DNA of 64,000 nucleotides from Phyllosticta citribraziliensis (taxonomy: Eukaryota), in assembly GCF_038025025.1 (NCBI RefSeq), contig NW_027117339.1, forward strand, positions 1,488,001 to 1,552,000, read 5' to 3'. Position numbers and translations under genes: made by a program. The notes under the pieces are model-generated. The model saw only the letters and a program-made list of their open reading frames with translations, was not told the origin of the DNA and made no database searches. Shown here one piece after another: positions 1 through 13,125 of this stretch (positions within the stretch are counted from its first letter, which is position 1; the number at the start of each line of letters is the position of its first letter).

Positions 1-1828
1 CGCAGTCGCATCGCCACCTTTTCAACTGTCGATAGCCCCAGTGCCGCTCTGAATCCCTGCGCAAATTGTGTCGCCGTCGTGGCATGGAACCCTGACACGC
101 TCGTTAGCAAACAATCCTGTCCCGTCGTCGTGTCGTGGAACCACCCACCTGTAGCTCCATCGTCCATCTCAACCACTATGTCCAGCTTCGGCCCTCCGCT
201 GTCGTTGACCACGCTGATGAGCCCCGCCGCCTGGTACTCGACCACTCCGATGCCAAAGTGCTCATTCCACATGCCGTTGACCCCGACGCTCGCCCGCCGC
301 AGCCAGTCGAGAATCTGCGGCCATGTGGCGTCGCAAATGAACTCGACCGATTCCTTGATCTTGAGCTCGTGCGCCAGGAGCCGTAGCCTATACACCCGAG
401 TAGCGTCCTCTGGATTGCGCACAGACCCAATCAGCACGAGCCTTGGCCTTTCCTCTTGCGAATCCTTGGCCCAGGATTGAGCCAGCTCGGCAAAGGCATG
501 CAGAATCAGCTGGTGGTTCTTCTCTGGCCGGAACTGTGCAATGTACAGCAGGTAAGGCCCTCGCTCCTTTTCAGTCGCTTCCGACACTTCGATTTGCTCC
601 TCGAGCTCTTCGACCGCAACCGGCGGGAAAACAACCTCGATCGGGTACTGTCCATGCTCCGTTGGCGCTCCCTGCCGCGAGAGCTGCCACGAGAGAATCA
701 CCGAGTCTACGCATCGCACCTTCTTGAGCCGAGGCCCCCAGAGCTGCTGTATGTGATTCTGCGTCCATGTCGAGTTTGTCATGACCACGTCAACAAAGGT
801 CCCCACCCAGCTGTACAGCCTCGCAAAGAGCACCCAGTACCACCTTTTCAATGTGCCCTTGAGTCCCTGTCCAGCACCTGCATTGAGACCTTGCGTCTGG
901 CCCTCGCCTGCCTCAGACACTGCCGAAAGCGACCCGAGCATGTCGGTCGAGATGGTCGGATAGTGAACATATGCTCCTGTGGGCACCAATGGAAAGTAAA
1001 ACTTGGACAGTGCAAGCGCGAACGCGTATCCCATTGTGTCGACAAAAACGTCCGGAACGAGGAGGCTGAATGCATCGTGGGCGAGAATAAGTGAGCCAAG
1101 AGACTGGCCGAGCAGGGTAAAATGGGGCCACGTGCTGCTGAGCACATAGTGACGAGTCGTCAGGTAGAGGAAATGAATGGTTGGTGGATGAAGATGGATG
1201 TTGAAGCGGTCCTGCTACAAGTTAGACCAATGACCCCGCTTGCGAGGGGCAGCCGTGAATACCTCGACTTTTTGGATGATTGTGTTCTTGTCGACGTCGT
1301 GGTCTCCGGTGTAGACGACGCACACGGCGCGGGGGTAGCGTTTCTGGGTCGCGCGGATTGCTGCCCACAGCACTCTCTCGCCGCCGCCTCCGGCATTGCT
1401 GCGAGGCTCAGTTAGAGCTTGGTTGCATTCACTCAGCAGGTCCCGGCTGCTCACCAAAAAGGATGGAAGAAGCCAATGACACCTCTCCAGTTCTTGTCGG
1501 CAGTCTCGCCTGCCGACGATGCACCGGCAGACTCGCTGTCCAACTTGTCCCAGTCCTCGTCCTCGGTCTTGTGGTGCGTGGCAGCGCGCTTGGCCGCGAA
1601 GTCGTTCTCCTCGGCTTCTACTTTGGCCAGCAACAGCTCCCGCCTATTCTGTGTCTTGGCTCGCACATGGTGTCCGACGGCGATTCCAGATGCCCTCACG
1701 ACAAAAGGTACTATGCGGGCCGCGATGTAGAGAACCGTGCATAACCTGGCGACAGTCACGCCAGCGGTCGAGCCGGACCGGATGAGCAGGATGGGGAGGA
1801 TGGCGAGTAGGGCGGTGGCCGGAATCAT
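1..1828 (-). CDS. ALG11: GDP-Man:Man3GlcNAc2-PP-Dol alpha-1,2-mannosyltransferase (3' end runs off the window; introns)
   Basis: Splicing out intron 1399-1454 joins IGFFHPF to [12 protein letters not shown]. Downstream motifs [18 protein letters not shown] and [17 protein letters not shown] are typical of Alg11. Hydrophobic N-terminus. Confidence 0.93.
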
Positions 1829-2432
1829 TTTGTCGTGTCACCCTTTCATCCGGCGGGTGAGAGAGCTTTTCAGACCATTGAGAGACAGCGACGTCGGATG
1901 TTTGGAGTTGGAGAGTGTTAGGTGTTCTGAGCCAGTGCCGGGGTAAGGTAGGTGGTAATTGTGACTGGACTGGCATCATGTGGCTCAAGCTCTCCCGGCG
2001 ACACCTCAGCTCCGCACCCATCACAAGCCAACGACCTTTGCCAAATCCTCCCCGGCTTGCGACGAGCTACATTGCCTTCGCACTTCAAATTGCTGCGACG
2101 TTGGGCTTGTAGTTCTGTGATGCGCTACAAAGACAATCTGTTTCACTGCGACGACGCAACTTGCATCAGTCGGGCTCCAGTAGTCGACCATGCCCACTAG
2201 ACCAAAATATTCAGCTCATTCATTGCGCACAATTGTGGAAACAACGCATCCTAGAACGACAGACATGATTAAATCCCTGCGGACCGACGACCAAATTTAG
2301 ATTTGTGAACGGAGACAGAGCTCTCGGCATGCCGAAACCCACAGGTCGGCCCGAGCCGTCGGGAGCCCGTCCTCTTGCCTCCCAGTTGCATTTCTTGTCC
2401 ACAGTTACTTGCACCCAACTCCAACCACCATC

Positions 2433-3479
2433 ATGGTCCTTCTTAGACCGCCGAGGCTCCATGGTCGCTCGCCGTTGACACTTTGCTCCCAGCTCCGCCC
2501 AGGTCTCCGTCGCGAACGCCGCCCTCATCCCTCCACAGCTGTTCCCGCGCGTAATTTTGGCGTCTATGATGCAGTCTGCGGGCCTGGATGGGCTCTGCTC
2601 GACGCGCTCCATGGCGCTGGTCTTTCATGGGCATTAGCGATACCCACTGCTGCCATCTTCGTCCGACTGGCCATCGTCTATCCACTCATGTACGCACCAG
2701 CGCGCAAAGCCACACTCAGAGCGACCGACGCGAGACCCCACGTACAAGCATTTGAGAGCATTACAAAGGCATTGTCTCGGAAGAAGATGATGCAAGAAGG
2801 CCCTGAGGCTTCGAAAAAATATGCGCAGACACAATTGCAGTCTTCCACCTCTGAGATCAAGAAGCGTTGGAAATTCGGCCTTGCAAGGCAAACGCAGCCG
2901 TTTCTCTCGTTGCCCATTTTTCTTGCGTTCGCCGAGACGATTCGGCGGATGATAGGAACAAACAAGGGAATCATGGGACTCGTTCTTCCCTCTTCTGGAG
3001 ATGGCCAGGCGTCTTCCACCCCACAAGGTGTTGAAGCAGCGGCGACCGAGGACACGTCTTCCGCGTCCTTGAGTGTCTCCGACTCTGCCGACCTATCCTC
3101 ATGGGTTGAGCCTAGCATGGCAACCGAAGGAATGCTCTGGTTCTCAGACCTTACCGTCGCGGATCCCACCCTAGTACTGCCAGTACTGGTGAGCAGCGCA
3201 ACATTTTTCGCAGTCTGGCGTGGCTCGAGAGTGCTCCCGGGCGAGGAAGAAGGCAAGAACGCACGAGTCCTGCGTAGGATTCTTCTCTCCGGATCGATCA
3301 TCATTTTCCCATTCATCTTAAAAGTCCCCGCTGGCATGTTGCTCTACTGGGTCACGAGTACCACTTGCGCCGGCCTGACTCATGTTTGGAACGACTACTA
3401 TTACAAAAAGAAGACCTCGATCAAGCCAGTCAGGAAACTCATGCCTTTCAAAGCTGTCACAGAAAGGATCAGACGTTGA
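2433..3479 (+). CDS. COX18: Oxa1/YidC-family mitochondrial inner-membrane insertase, Cox18-like
   Basis: Arg-rich presequence-like N-terminus. Motifs GLSWALAIP, EGMLWFSDLTVADP and PAGMLLYWVTS. Lacks the long Oxa1 C-terminal tail. First ATG at 2433; no introns. Confidence 0.8.
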   Translation: MVLLRPPRLHGRSPLTLCSQLRPGLRRERRPHPSTAVPARNFGVYDAVCGPGWALLDALHGAGLSWALAIPTAAIFVRLAIVYPLMYAPARKATLRATDARPHVQAFESITKALSRKKMMQEGPEASKKYAQTQLQSSTSEIKKRWKFGLARQTQPFLSLPIFLAFAETIRRMIGTNKGIMGLVLPSSGDGQASSTPQGVEAAATEDTSSASLSVSDSADLSSWVEPSMATEGMLWFSDLTVADPTLVLPVLVSSATFFAVWRGSRVLPGEEEGKNARVLRRILLSGSIIIFPFILKVPAGMLLYWVTSTTCAGLTHVWNDYYYKKKTSIKPVRKLMPFKAVTERIRR

Positions 3480-4195
3480 GAATAAGAATGAGAGAACTTA
3501 TAGCTTCCGTAACTCAGCGACTCTGCCGGGGATGCAGAAAATCCATGGCAATATTTTGCTTCGCATAGCTTAAGGAACAACCCACACTAGGACATTGTTC
3601 GAAAAGTCATATCTTCAATCCTTGAATACGAATGGACACTTTGAAAAGAGTACCCCTGGCCAAAGAAGAAAGAGCTACGCATGAAGGCACGCAGCTGTCT
3701 CTGCATGGAGGATTGACCTAGGAACCTGGGGTTTGACAGTAGATCAACCTCTTATAATACACATATCAACAGTACATGAACCTTCGTCCGCCATTCAACT
3801 CCATCCATGTCCCCCTCTCCTGCCATTCTACATACGAGATTTGCACACGGGAACCCCACCTTCGGCAAGAAACGTTGTTTTGGAGAGAATGCAAATTCAT
3901 GACGTCAATTTGGGGGCATCCGACCTCGCCTTCACGATGAAGCTGGTTTCCCTTTGTAAGACGACATCGGAACCAAAGTCGGCCCCGCAACGACTCTTGC
4001 ATTGCCAGCTTCCCCGTTACTTCGCAACCCCGCAGACACCTCACTCGAACCGAGCTGGATAATAAGCCGCCGGATAAACTCCATCTATGTACCAGCAGTA
4101 CATATCTGAAGGGATGGCGCCAGGTTCGATGGTGGCCACATTGGTCTACTGTGTGTGTGAAAGCTTTTTGGTGTCATCAGCAATTGATCGTCACA

Positions 4196-5886
4196 ATGGC
4201 GAGACGTGAGCTCGTTCTGTTCGCACTGGCAAGCATCAGAGTTGCCGGCCATGCAACAGACATCAGCATTCCTCAAAATTTGTCCACCAAAGTACTCTTA
4301 CCAGATGTGTATGGGTACTCGATGGAGCCGGTTTGGGTGGATGACTACCTCAAGTCGAACATCACATCAAAGTAAGACAACATCTGGTGGCGCAAATTTC
4401 AACTCGACCCCTAAATTTGCCAATCCACATCATTTTGTGTGCCAGACTAATGGTGTCCAGCTTAATGCAAGCAATTGTCAACATTACACAAAAGCCAGCG
4501 CCCTTCCGGATCGGTGGCAAGACGGCGGACCAAACATATCTCCATCCTGATCAGAATGTCACTTCAATAGCCTATCCGGACCCAACCAATGCCGAAACGT
4601 TCAACATTACGCCAGCCTGGTATGACACGTGGGCCAACTACTTTCCTCCCGGCACGGATCTCATTTACACCCTCAATTTGGCTTCCAACACGAGCGACTT
4701 TGCCACAGCCGTCGCTGAAGCCGAAGCCGTCCACGCCGCACTTGGCAGCAAGTTGATCCTCTTCGAATACGGCAATGAACCTGACCTCTTCCAATCCAAG
4801 TCGTGGCGTGGACCGGGCTGGGGCGTCGAGGAATATGTGGCGCAGTTCGCCAACATAACATCGCAAATCAGGTCGGCGGCCTGGTACCGCAACGCGAGCA
4901 CGCCGCCCAAGATCCAAGCGTGCACCTTTGCTGATCTGCCAACGTTCATCGAACTACAAGTCGCCCAAGATGACTTTGACGTTGTCAATGTGACGGCGGC
5001 CGGGCTGATTGACCCGGACCTCATTGCCTCCTACGCAATGCACTCGTACCCGCAGTCAACGTGCACGCCGGAGCGCTGGCTGCGGATGCGGCTCGACCTG
5101 CTCTCAAATCACGCCGTGATATGGACCAACGTCTCAAAGTACGTGCCACAGATAGCGGCGGCCAACGCGGCGGGCTCGGCCTTCGTGATGGGCGAGACAA
5201 ACTCCATCTCATGCAGTGGACGCAGCGGTATCAGCGACACGTTCGGCGCGGCGCTTTGGGGCGTTGACTACGTGCTGCTGGCCGCCTCGGTTGGCATCGA
5301 GAAGCTGGCGTTCCACTTGGGCGCGCAGAGCGAGTACAGCTTCTTCACGCCACTGCCTTACGAGTACAAGAACAAGAGTCTGGACGCCGGTATCCGCGCC
5401 CCCTTTTACGCGCATTACTTCATCTCGCACGTCATCAAAGGCGACAGCGACTGGAGCATAGCCGCGCTGCCGGCGGCCAACGAGTCCGACTTTAGCGGCT
5501 ACGGAGTCTACGATGCCAGCAACGACGCGCTCAGGAAGCTCGTTTTCGTCGACCTGGGCATATGGAACGCGAGCACCGGCCTGTCCAACCCCTCGACGCT
5601 GAGTGCCACCGACTCGACGTACACCAGCAACGGGACGAGGCCCGTCAGCGACATGCGGGTGACGACGCCGTGGGACGAGGGCGCCGAGGTCAGCTTGCTG
5701 CGCTTGAACGGACCCGGCACCAATGCAAAGTCGGACGTCAACGTGTCGAGCGTCGTGTTTGACTCGGCGACTGGGACCAAGATTGGCGATGAGGAAGCTG
5801 AAAGCGTCTGCGTCGGGGCTGGAGGGGTCGTCGCATTTGAGTTGCAACAGGCTCAGGCGGTGTTGCTGGAGCTGGCCCATGTGTAA
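4196..5886 (+). CDS. Secreted glycoside hydrolase family 79 (beta-glucuronidase/heparanase-like)
   Basis: Signal-peptide-like MARRELVLFALAS. One intron at ~4371-4460. Motifs FRIGG, EYGNEPD (acid/base), MGETNS (nucleophile), GISDTFGAALWGVDY. Confidence 0.85.
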
Positions 5887-6256
5887 GCGATAAAGGGTCA
5901 AGAATGGTCGAATCAACAGCATCGTACTCGTCAAACCACGGACAGTTTAAAGCCTTTGTGCCCCAATGAAAAGCATGTTTGATGTAGCACCTCTTCTGGC
6001 CTCAAAGCAACAGGTCACGGCTGACATTCTCGGATGCTCTTCATTCTCGCTTCTTATTTTGCTCGATTGCTCTTGGGTACGAAAAGACGCGATCCTTTGC
6101 GTCCTCTCCCCTTGAAGCCACGAACCTCCCACTATTCAATCGCCGTCCCACTTCTCTCCAACATATCCCAAAAATCGACGTGGCACAGCTTTGTACCCCC
6201 CAGAATGGCCCCGCAAGCCACCACCAGCAACGGCCCCTCCTCATCCCTTCCCCACA

Positions 6257-8166
6257 TCAGCAAGCCTCCCCAGAACCTGAGCCGTAATACCTCCTACTCG
6301 GATCCCCCACCTGCGGCACCAAGCTCTGATTCCTTACAGAACCGGGCGGCGCATACCCACCCTCGTTCGTCAGGGCCGCCGCAACGTCGGTCCAAAAACC
6401 GCAGTCGGCCCTCGAATCCGTCGGGTCAGCACCAACGACGTAGCCCCCGTCGACGACTCGCAAGACGCGCTCAAACTGCTTACCCCGCGTCTCGGGACCG
6501 TCGACCTGCGGCCACTCGACCGTGGGCGGCGTGGTGGTCGACGTGAGGCGATACGCGTTGGGATCGCCGGCGCGCGCCAGTGAGATCAAGTAGCTTTGGT
6601 ACCCGACGTCCGCGGCCTGGACTTCGCGGGACGCATCAGGAGTCGCAAAGGTCGGCGCGACGTCGCTGCCGTGCAGGCCCTCGCCGCGGCCGTAGACCAT
6701 GTTGTAGACGCGCGTCTTCGTGCCAGCGTTGGCAAACCGGTCCACGAGCAGCCGCGCGTTGCAGACGATGCGGCCCTGCTCGACGAGTCTCTCGACGCGC
6801 GCGCGGGGGTCCGCCAGGTCGGCGAGGCGCGCCGTCACCTTCTGCGCGACGCTCGCGACAGGGAAGAAGAAGTCGACGTAGTCGGCCCAGCGCTCGTCGG
6901 TGTCGACGCTCGAGTCGACGAAGACGACACCCTCGTGCCCCGTGTGGGAGACGACGAGGGCGTCGAGCCGTGGCCAAAAGTTTCTGGCTTCGTACTCCAG
7001 ACGTGGCATCTGGCGCAGGAAAGCGCCGTCGGCGGCTGGTGCCCACGCCGTGCGGCCCTTGAAGGGCAGGGCTTTGCTGGGCGCGGCGTTGGCGGCGATG
7101 AGCGCCTCTGAAGATGCGTTGCGGAGACATTCCACGCCTTGTCCAACACAGCCAGCGGCGTCGGCGAACTGGCGAAAGCGCGTTTCCAGCGTGCCCTGGC
7201 GATCCCATGCAAAGTCGATGGCAGGGCTCTGCAGGACGGCGGTGCGGAAAAGGGGATCTTGCGTCCCGGCGTGCGCGGTCAAGAGGGCAAAGAGCGCGCC
7301 CGCGCCCGCCGATTCTCCCCAAGCAGAGATGCGTTTGGGGTCGCCGCCGACGAGGCTGATGTATCGGTGCGTCCACTTGAAGGCGGCGTGGATGTCGTGC
7401 AGGCCCGCGTTGGGCGTGGCCTCCTTTTCCATGGTGTCACCGGCGAGGAAACCAAAGGCGCCTACCCGGTAGTTGGCTGCTACGTAGATGACATTGTTGC
7501 CGCTGGACTTGACGATGCTGGACCCGTCGTTCCGCGTCTTGCTGCCGACATTATAGGAGCCCTGATGACGTGTTAGCGAATGCACAGCTTGATTTGGGAG
7601 GGCTCATGTGGCCTACTCCATAGACGTATTGGACAACGGGTAGACGATAGCTCTGCGGATCTCGAACGGCTTTCCCCGGCACTATCACGTCTAGATACAA
7701 GCAATCTTCTGATTGAGGACCCAAGGGTTTGGCATAATCAGATCTGTTTCCTGCGTTGAACTTTTAGAATCGATTCAGGTTTATCACTGAAAAGGGGCCC
7801 TCACCAGAGTTGGAAACGGCAGTCTGTCCCTGGATGCAGCTGGGCCCATACGATCCATCAATTAACGTATCATTCTGCTGCGGTGGTTGCGGAGAACGCC
7901 ATCGGTTATTTCCGACAGGCTTGGCTGCAAAAGGTATGTTTGAAAAAGTGTAGTACTGGGCGACGAGGCCAGCTTTAGCCGAGTCGCAATCAGACTGAGT
8001 GGCAATCACTTACATCGGACTGCTCGTCATAGCTCCTTGCGCGGACTCTGGCATATGGAAGAGTGAGAGTCGGCAGGTCTTGAGAGTCTTGACATGTTGG
8101 AAGCCCAGCAACCCATGTTGCCTCAAGAAAGAACACGAAAAATGCCCGAAGACACGAAGACCACAT
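6257..8166 (-). CDS. Secreted type-B carboxylesterase/lipase (alpha/beta hydrolase), several introns in the 5' part
   Basis: Signal-like MWSSCLRAFFVFFL. Motifs FSNIPFA, SEDCLYLDV, spliced YGGSY, NYRVGAFGFL, GESAG (catalytic Ser), TGHEG (Glu), LHGSD (His). Confidence 0.88.
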
Positions 8167-8773
8167 GGCGACGGACAGTGAGGAAGATCAACTTAGGGTC
8201 AAGCGGTCGGTGGCATTGCTGAACGGAAAGATCTTCTCTTCAAACCCCTCTCATGCCGGTCTCTTTTAAATGAAGAAAGAGCCTTTGGTCGGTCGAGAAG
8301 CGACCGCCGAAGATCTGCAGGCAGCTAGACCACAATGCTGGACGGGTGAGAGGCCAAGGACTCATGGAGCAGCGATCATATCGAGGAAAAGCGGTGATGG
8401 ACAAAGTCGTTCATAAAAGAAAGCGGAGCATGTAAACCAACATGATTTTTAAGCCAAAGTAGTGCCTGCACGCTTAGACTGGCCCCTCTCTTCATCGTAT
8501 TGGCTGGAGAATGACAAAATGAGTCCACAATAGTCTTTCCGCATGATGGAATCGAATGAGGGGTAACGGCTGAGAGGTGTGCTTTTGCGCGAAGTAACAG
8601 GGCGGGATGGGCCGCTATGCTCTTATTGTCGTTCAAGGCTTGGTTGCATAAGCTTCTAGTTTAGATGCTGCTGCGATTTATACGGGCAACCAATTGCCAT
8701 ATTAGCGCAAACGTGATTGATTTGCGTCTTCATTCGAGGTTTTGTCCCCAAAGCCACTTTTACATCGGCCTCC

Positions 8774-11044
8774 TTACAACTTGAAGCCGCCGACACCGCG
8801 CGCGGCCTGCTGCCCTTCCGTCACCTTCTTACCCTCGACATCCGTCATCTCCCCCTTCTTGCCAATGACCTTGACGCCGCCCTTCTTCAAGTTGCTCACA
8901 ACTTCTCTGCGGTCCTTTGCGCCCTTGGACTCGTTCTTCTTCGCGCCTTGAGCGCCGGCGCCCGCCTTCTTGGCGCGCTCCTTGTCGCGCCTACGCCGGC
9001 GAAGCTTCTCCTCGCGCGTCATCTCCTCTCTGGCGACGGGCATGCCGCCCTTGGTCACAACTTCGCCCTGAGCGCGCTCCTCGCCCGGTGCGTAGACCTC
9101 CTGCGGCGCGAGCGCGGTGCTGCCACCAATGTCGCCGCCCGCCGATGGTCGCGCGTCCTCCATGCTGATTGTCGGCGCATCAGTGCGGATCTCGAGGCTG
9201 GCCGTCGCCGGCTTGGGCTTGTGGTGCCATGACGACAGCGCGTCGAGCTTGGCCGACACGTCGCGCCAGAGGGCAGCGATGCTCGCGTGCTCCTTTTTGA
9301 GCTTCTCGTCTCGTGGATCCACGTAGTTCGGGTCGTTCGCCCGCAGTGCGTCGTCTTCGTATTCTTCTGCCAGACTCTTCTGCGGCTTCGTGTCGTCCAG
9401 CTCGAACCGCCCGCGCCGCGTGCTCGGCCCCGTCGCCAGGTCGTCGGGCCGCCGGCGAATCACTTCGTCAAATTCGCGAGCCAGGATGCGCCGTTTGATG
9501 AGGGCTTCAATGTCTTCGCTGACTTCGGCCGTGATGACGGGAACGGGCTTGCCCGTGCGCTCATAATCGAGCTCTTCCTCAAGTAGCGAGTTCATGGGCC
9601 GGTCCGCCGCCTTGGCTTCGCCAGATAGCGTCCACTGCCTCTTGGCGACATTTTGCGCTTCGAGGCGGCGAATTTCCTCCTGAAGCTTCGCCTGGCGGCG
9701 CTCGTGGGTAGATTTGCGCGACTTGGGATCGTCGGAGTCAACGGCACTGAGGTCGGAGGCGTCGCTGTCGGCGTCGGATTCGTCGAACAGATCGCGTTGG
9801 GCTGCGGCCATGTTGCGTTCGACATCCTCGTCCTTGGGTGCTTCGGGTTTCTTGTATCCTGCGGGAAAGTTGTGGGGATTGGGACGGCCCTTTTTATTCT
9901 TGTTGACCTTTTTTGCAGGAGGTGCGAAAAAGTCATCGTACAAGATGTTGTTGGCATTTCCCATGTCCATGCCGTCCATTTCACCGCCCTCGAGAACGTC
10001 GTCATCCATGTCGTCGTCGCTTTCGCCCTCTGGTGCGTTGAGATCCACATTGCCAAACGTGGGGCCATCCTCTTCATCCTCGCTGCTCTCGTCGCCCTCG
10101 TCGCCCTCGGGTCTGTCAACCTTTTTGGAGGCCTTTGCGACCAAAGACTCTGGATTCATGGGATCCTCGCCCCAATTTATTTCCTCCTCCTCTTCATCTT
10201 CAGCGTCGTCTGCGCCTCGTCGGTCCTGTTGTTCGAGAAGCTCAGACTGGCGATTGAAGTCGTCGATGGAGAAGAACCCGTCATTCAGGCCGTTCGGGTC
10301 GGGGACGTATTCTTCGGCGGGTTCGTCCTCTCCAGAATCACCGTCCTCGCCGTCAAAGTCGTCGCGCTCCACGTCAATCTCGTCCTCCTCTGAGCCCTCG
10401 TCTTCGGTGTGGTATGTTTGCTCAACGTCGCCTTCTTCATCAGATACGTCTTCTCCAGATACATCTTCTCCGTCGTACTCCCAATCCACGCCTTCTTCTC
10501 CCAATGCGCTCACATCTGATTGCTCCTCCTCTCCGTCTTCCGAAGAGCCGACCTCAAAGCCATCCGCGCCGAAGTGAACAGACTTGATGTCGTCTTTATC
10601 GGGGTATCCACTGCGATCCCCAGGCAGGACGTCGGGCAGGTCACGCTCAACTTCGGCCCTGGTGGCGTCAATGACCCTCTTAGACTGCTCCCAAACTTGT
10701 TGCACCCCAAAACCGTCCAGGTGCACCTTTTTCAGGTTCAAGACGGGGCCGTCCTCGTCGTCGGCCTCGCCCCTCTTCCGTTTCTTGCGGGCTTCCTGCT
10801 GACGTTTGGACTGGGTTTCGCTTACGCCCGAGGCCAAAGGATCGAGTAGATGCTTCGCGAGAGAGAGGGTGGCATGGTGGAGCGCAGGATTGGGCTGAAG
10901 AAAGTTGTGCGGAGAGGCGGAAAGCGCGGCGACCAAGGCGTGGGCGGCGGCCGTATTTGCGTCTGCAACGGGCGGATGCGCAGATTGGGCAGAGAGTGTG
11001 TGGGAGGAGCTGGAGCCCGTGGGCGAGAAAGATATGGTGGCCAT
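8774..11044 (-). CDS. MPP10: U3 snoRNP / SSU processome component Mpp10
   Basis: Long acidic region, LNDGFFSIDDFN, W-L-GE...RPMNSLLEEELDYE, PVPVITAE, AKLDALSSWH, LAPQEVY and a basic C-terminus. No introns. Confidence 0.93.
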   Translation of the reverse strand: MATISFSPTGSSSSHTLSAQSAHPPVADANTAAAHALVAALSASPHNFLQPNPALHHATLSLAKHLLDPLASGVSETQSKRQQEARKKRKRGEADDEDGPVLNLKKVHLDGFGVQQVWEQSKRVIDATRAEVERDLPDVLPGDRSGYPDKDDIKSVHFGADGFEVGSSEDGEEEQSDVSALGEEGVDWEYDGEDVSGEDVSDEEGDVEQTYHTEDEGSEEDEIDVERDDFDGEDGDSGEDEPAEEYVPDPNGLNDGFFSIDDFNRQSELLEQQDRRGADDAEDEEEEEINWGEDPMNPESLVAKASKKVDRPEGDEGDESSEDEEDGPTFGNVDLNAPEGESDDDMDDDVLEGGEMDGMDMGNANNILYDDFFAPPAKKVNKNKKGRPNPHNFPAGYKKPEAPKDEDVERNMAAAQRDLFDESDADSDASDLSAVDSDDPKSRKSTHERRQAKLQEEIRRLEAQNVAKRQWTLSGEAKAADRPMNSLLEEELDYERTGKPVPVITAEVSEDIEALIKRRILAREFDEVIRRRPDDLATGPSTRRGRFELDDTKPQKSLAEEYEDDALRANDPNYVDPRDEKLKKEHASIAALWRDVSAKLDALSSWHHKPKPATASLEIRTDAPTISMEDARPSAGGDIGGSTALAPQEVYAPGEERAQGEVVTKGGMPVAREEMTREEKLRRRRRDKERAKKAGAGAQGAKKNESKGAKDRREVVSNLKKGGVKVIGKKGEMTDVEGKKVTEGQQAARGVGGFKL

Positions 11045-11121
11045 CGTGTTGCGTTGAGCCACGCGCCGTCGAAGCAAGTGGATGTGCGGTACTGCTGAGA
11101 TTCGGTTGGGCGTTGCGCGTC

Positions 11122-11130
11122 GAAAAATTT
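11122..11130. promoter_or_regulatory. RRPE-like element (GAAAAATTT) upstream of MPP10
   Basis: GAAAAATTT lies ~80 bp upstream of the ATG of a ribosome-biogenesis gene, in otherwise GC-rich sequence. The motif is short and could be chance. Confidence 0.4.
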
Positions 11131-13125
11131 GGGGCGGGTGGTGCCAAGGCGGCGGGCGGAGAGCGGAATTCAGCGCGGAATGCCGCGCCCTAGCATTTGG
11201 CGCCGACGCATCTCATTGGCTGGACTTTGCGATAAGCCGCCTCATGCCGTTGGAGCAACAGAAAAAAAGAAGAAAAAAAAAGGTCGAGAAAATACATCAT
11301 GTTCAACCTTGGCCCCGTCCAACGTTGCAAAGGTGACGTCCAAGGACAATGCTTGTTCCGTCATGGATGCTACAGACCGGCGACACATTTAGTGACTAGA
11401 GCCCTGTGAGCCCTATTGACCATTGGACAGCAGATTGCATTAGCGGCCAGACGGCGGCCGGTCAAGACTGCCATCGGCTCCATGGATCATTCGCAAAAAG
11501 GCAATGGCTCACGCGACACCATCTCTGATCGGCAGAAGAACGACGACGCTTCATGACGTTGGTCAAGCCGTGGTTGCTGCTGGGCTGTGCCGCCTCTGGC
11601 CTAGGCGGCGGTCTACAGGTGAGGGGCTTGTGCGCGGGAAGCAGACATTGTTCCCCGCCGTGTTCTTGGGCACTTGTGGTTATTTGACCAGGCATCCATA
11701 CTATACCACAAACCGGCAATGTGATTTCTGGGACCGCGTATGACGGAATTGGGATGGACACTCACATGCGTGCAGGCTGCGCCTCCGACATTGGAGCCCC
11801 CCTGCCCCCTGTGAAAAAATGCTCAGGGTACGGAGCATTCTCCACCAGCCACCTGCCGTTGGTTGCAGCAGGAAGACGGTTTCGCATGGTCCACAGCCAA
11901 TGTAACGAGCCGGGTCGACGCGCCATTGCCGGTCCCGACTTGAGTGGTTTGCCGGTAAAGAGGGGCCAAGCGACGCGGCGCAGCAAGCAAGCTCCAGTCG
12001 GTTTGGGAGACGTGCAGGACGGAAGACGACAAACGGCGGCGATGGTCGTGGAGGGCGGAGAGATCGAGGTCCTTTTAGTCCGAAGATGCGGCGCTTTCCA
12101 TGGCCATGTCGGGGGCAAGACGTGGAGTAGTACATGAGGGAGCGGACAACCAAGCTTTGATAAGCCGGGATGTGAGCTCAGGGTCAAAGGAGCGTGCGCA
12201 GACGCGGCATTGGAAAATTCTTCGTCGACGGAGCCGGTGAGGAGAGGGCCGGAGAGAGAATTGGTTCAAGGGAGAGGAGGAAGAGATCCGTTGGGATTAG
12301 GAGCTTCCTACTGCGGAGCCGTCAGATGGATGCCGCATACATGTAGATACATGTGGATATTGACGGTGATGGCGCTTGACGAAAGCGGTAGGTGGACACG
12401 CGACCTTTTTTGCAGCAGACACGATATCGACCCTCGACTCCACTCCATGCAACCCCAGGCGACGGCCATGTTCGTGGTCGTCCAGTGCACTGCAGCAATG
12501 CACGATGATTGAAGGAAGGACAGCTTAGTCGTGGCGATACGGCCAGGGGATGACGGCGCGCATCCTGCTGGTATTGATCTCTCTGGTAACTCTGGGCCAG
12601 ACCCTGCATGATCCTCCGGGGGCGTCGTTAGCTCGGGCCCGACGTCGCCCTGGGCTTGGGCTCGCCGGCCGGGGAGAATGCGCAACGGAAAAAGTCAAAA
12701 AGTCATCGCGTCAAGTCAGGTCGTCGGGCTCGGGCACGGCCTCCGCTCTTCTCCACGACGACCGGACGACTGGACACCGCGCTCCACTCCACTGAGCTCG
12801 ACAATCCGTTCCTTGTCCACGCCAAGGCGCTGTCTAGCTCCACCATCGATACCCCCGTCTGTCCTCTGCCCTTCGTAGCTCGTGTTAATCCAGACTTTGT
12901 TATATCCGCCCCCTCCCCTCCTCTCCCGCGGTTGCTCGCACCGTGGCCGTTCCGCTGCATCTCCATCCCATCTCTTGACATCCTTATGCCCTACAGGTCC
13001 TGCCCGCCCCAACCCTTCGCTCCTCCCTCGCCATCCTCTCCCATACACACCTGACGCAACCACTCGACTCTTTCCAACCCACCTCTCCGTCCCCTCCCTC
13101 CGCCTCCCCCAAAGCTAGCTGAGGC

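Noticed and set aside
9653..10577. Ser-rich and hydrophobic plus-strand ORFs inside MPP10
   Set aside because: These are antisense readings of the Asp/Glu-rich tract.
11300..13100. Many short overlapping ORFs between MPP10 and the SPX gene
   Set aside because: No motif, codon bias or consistent splice structure. The region is consistent with divergent promoters and a CT-rich 5' leader.
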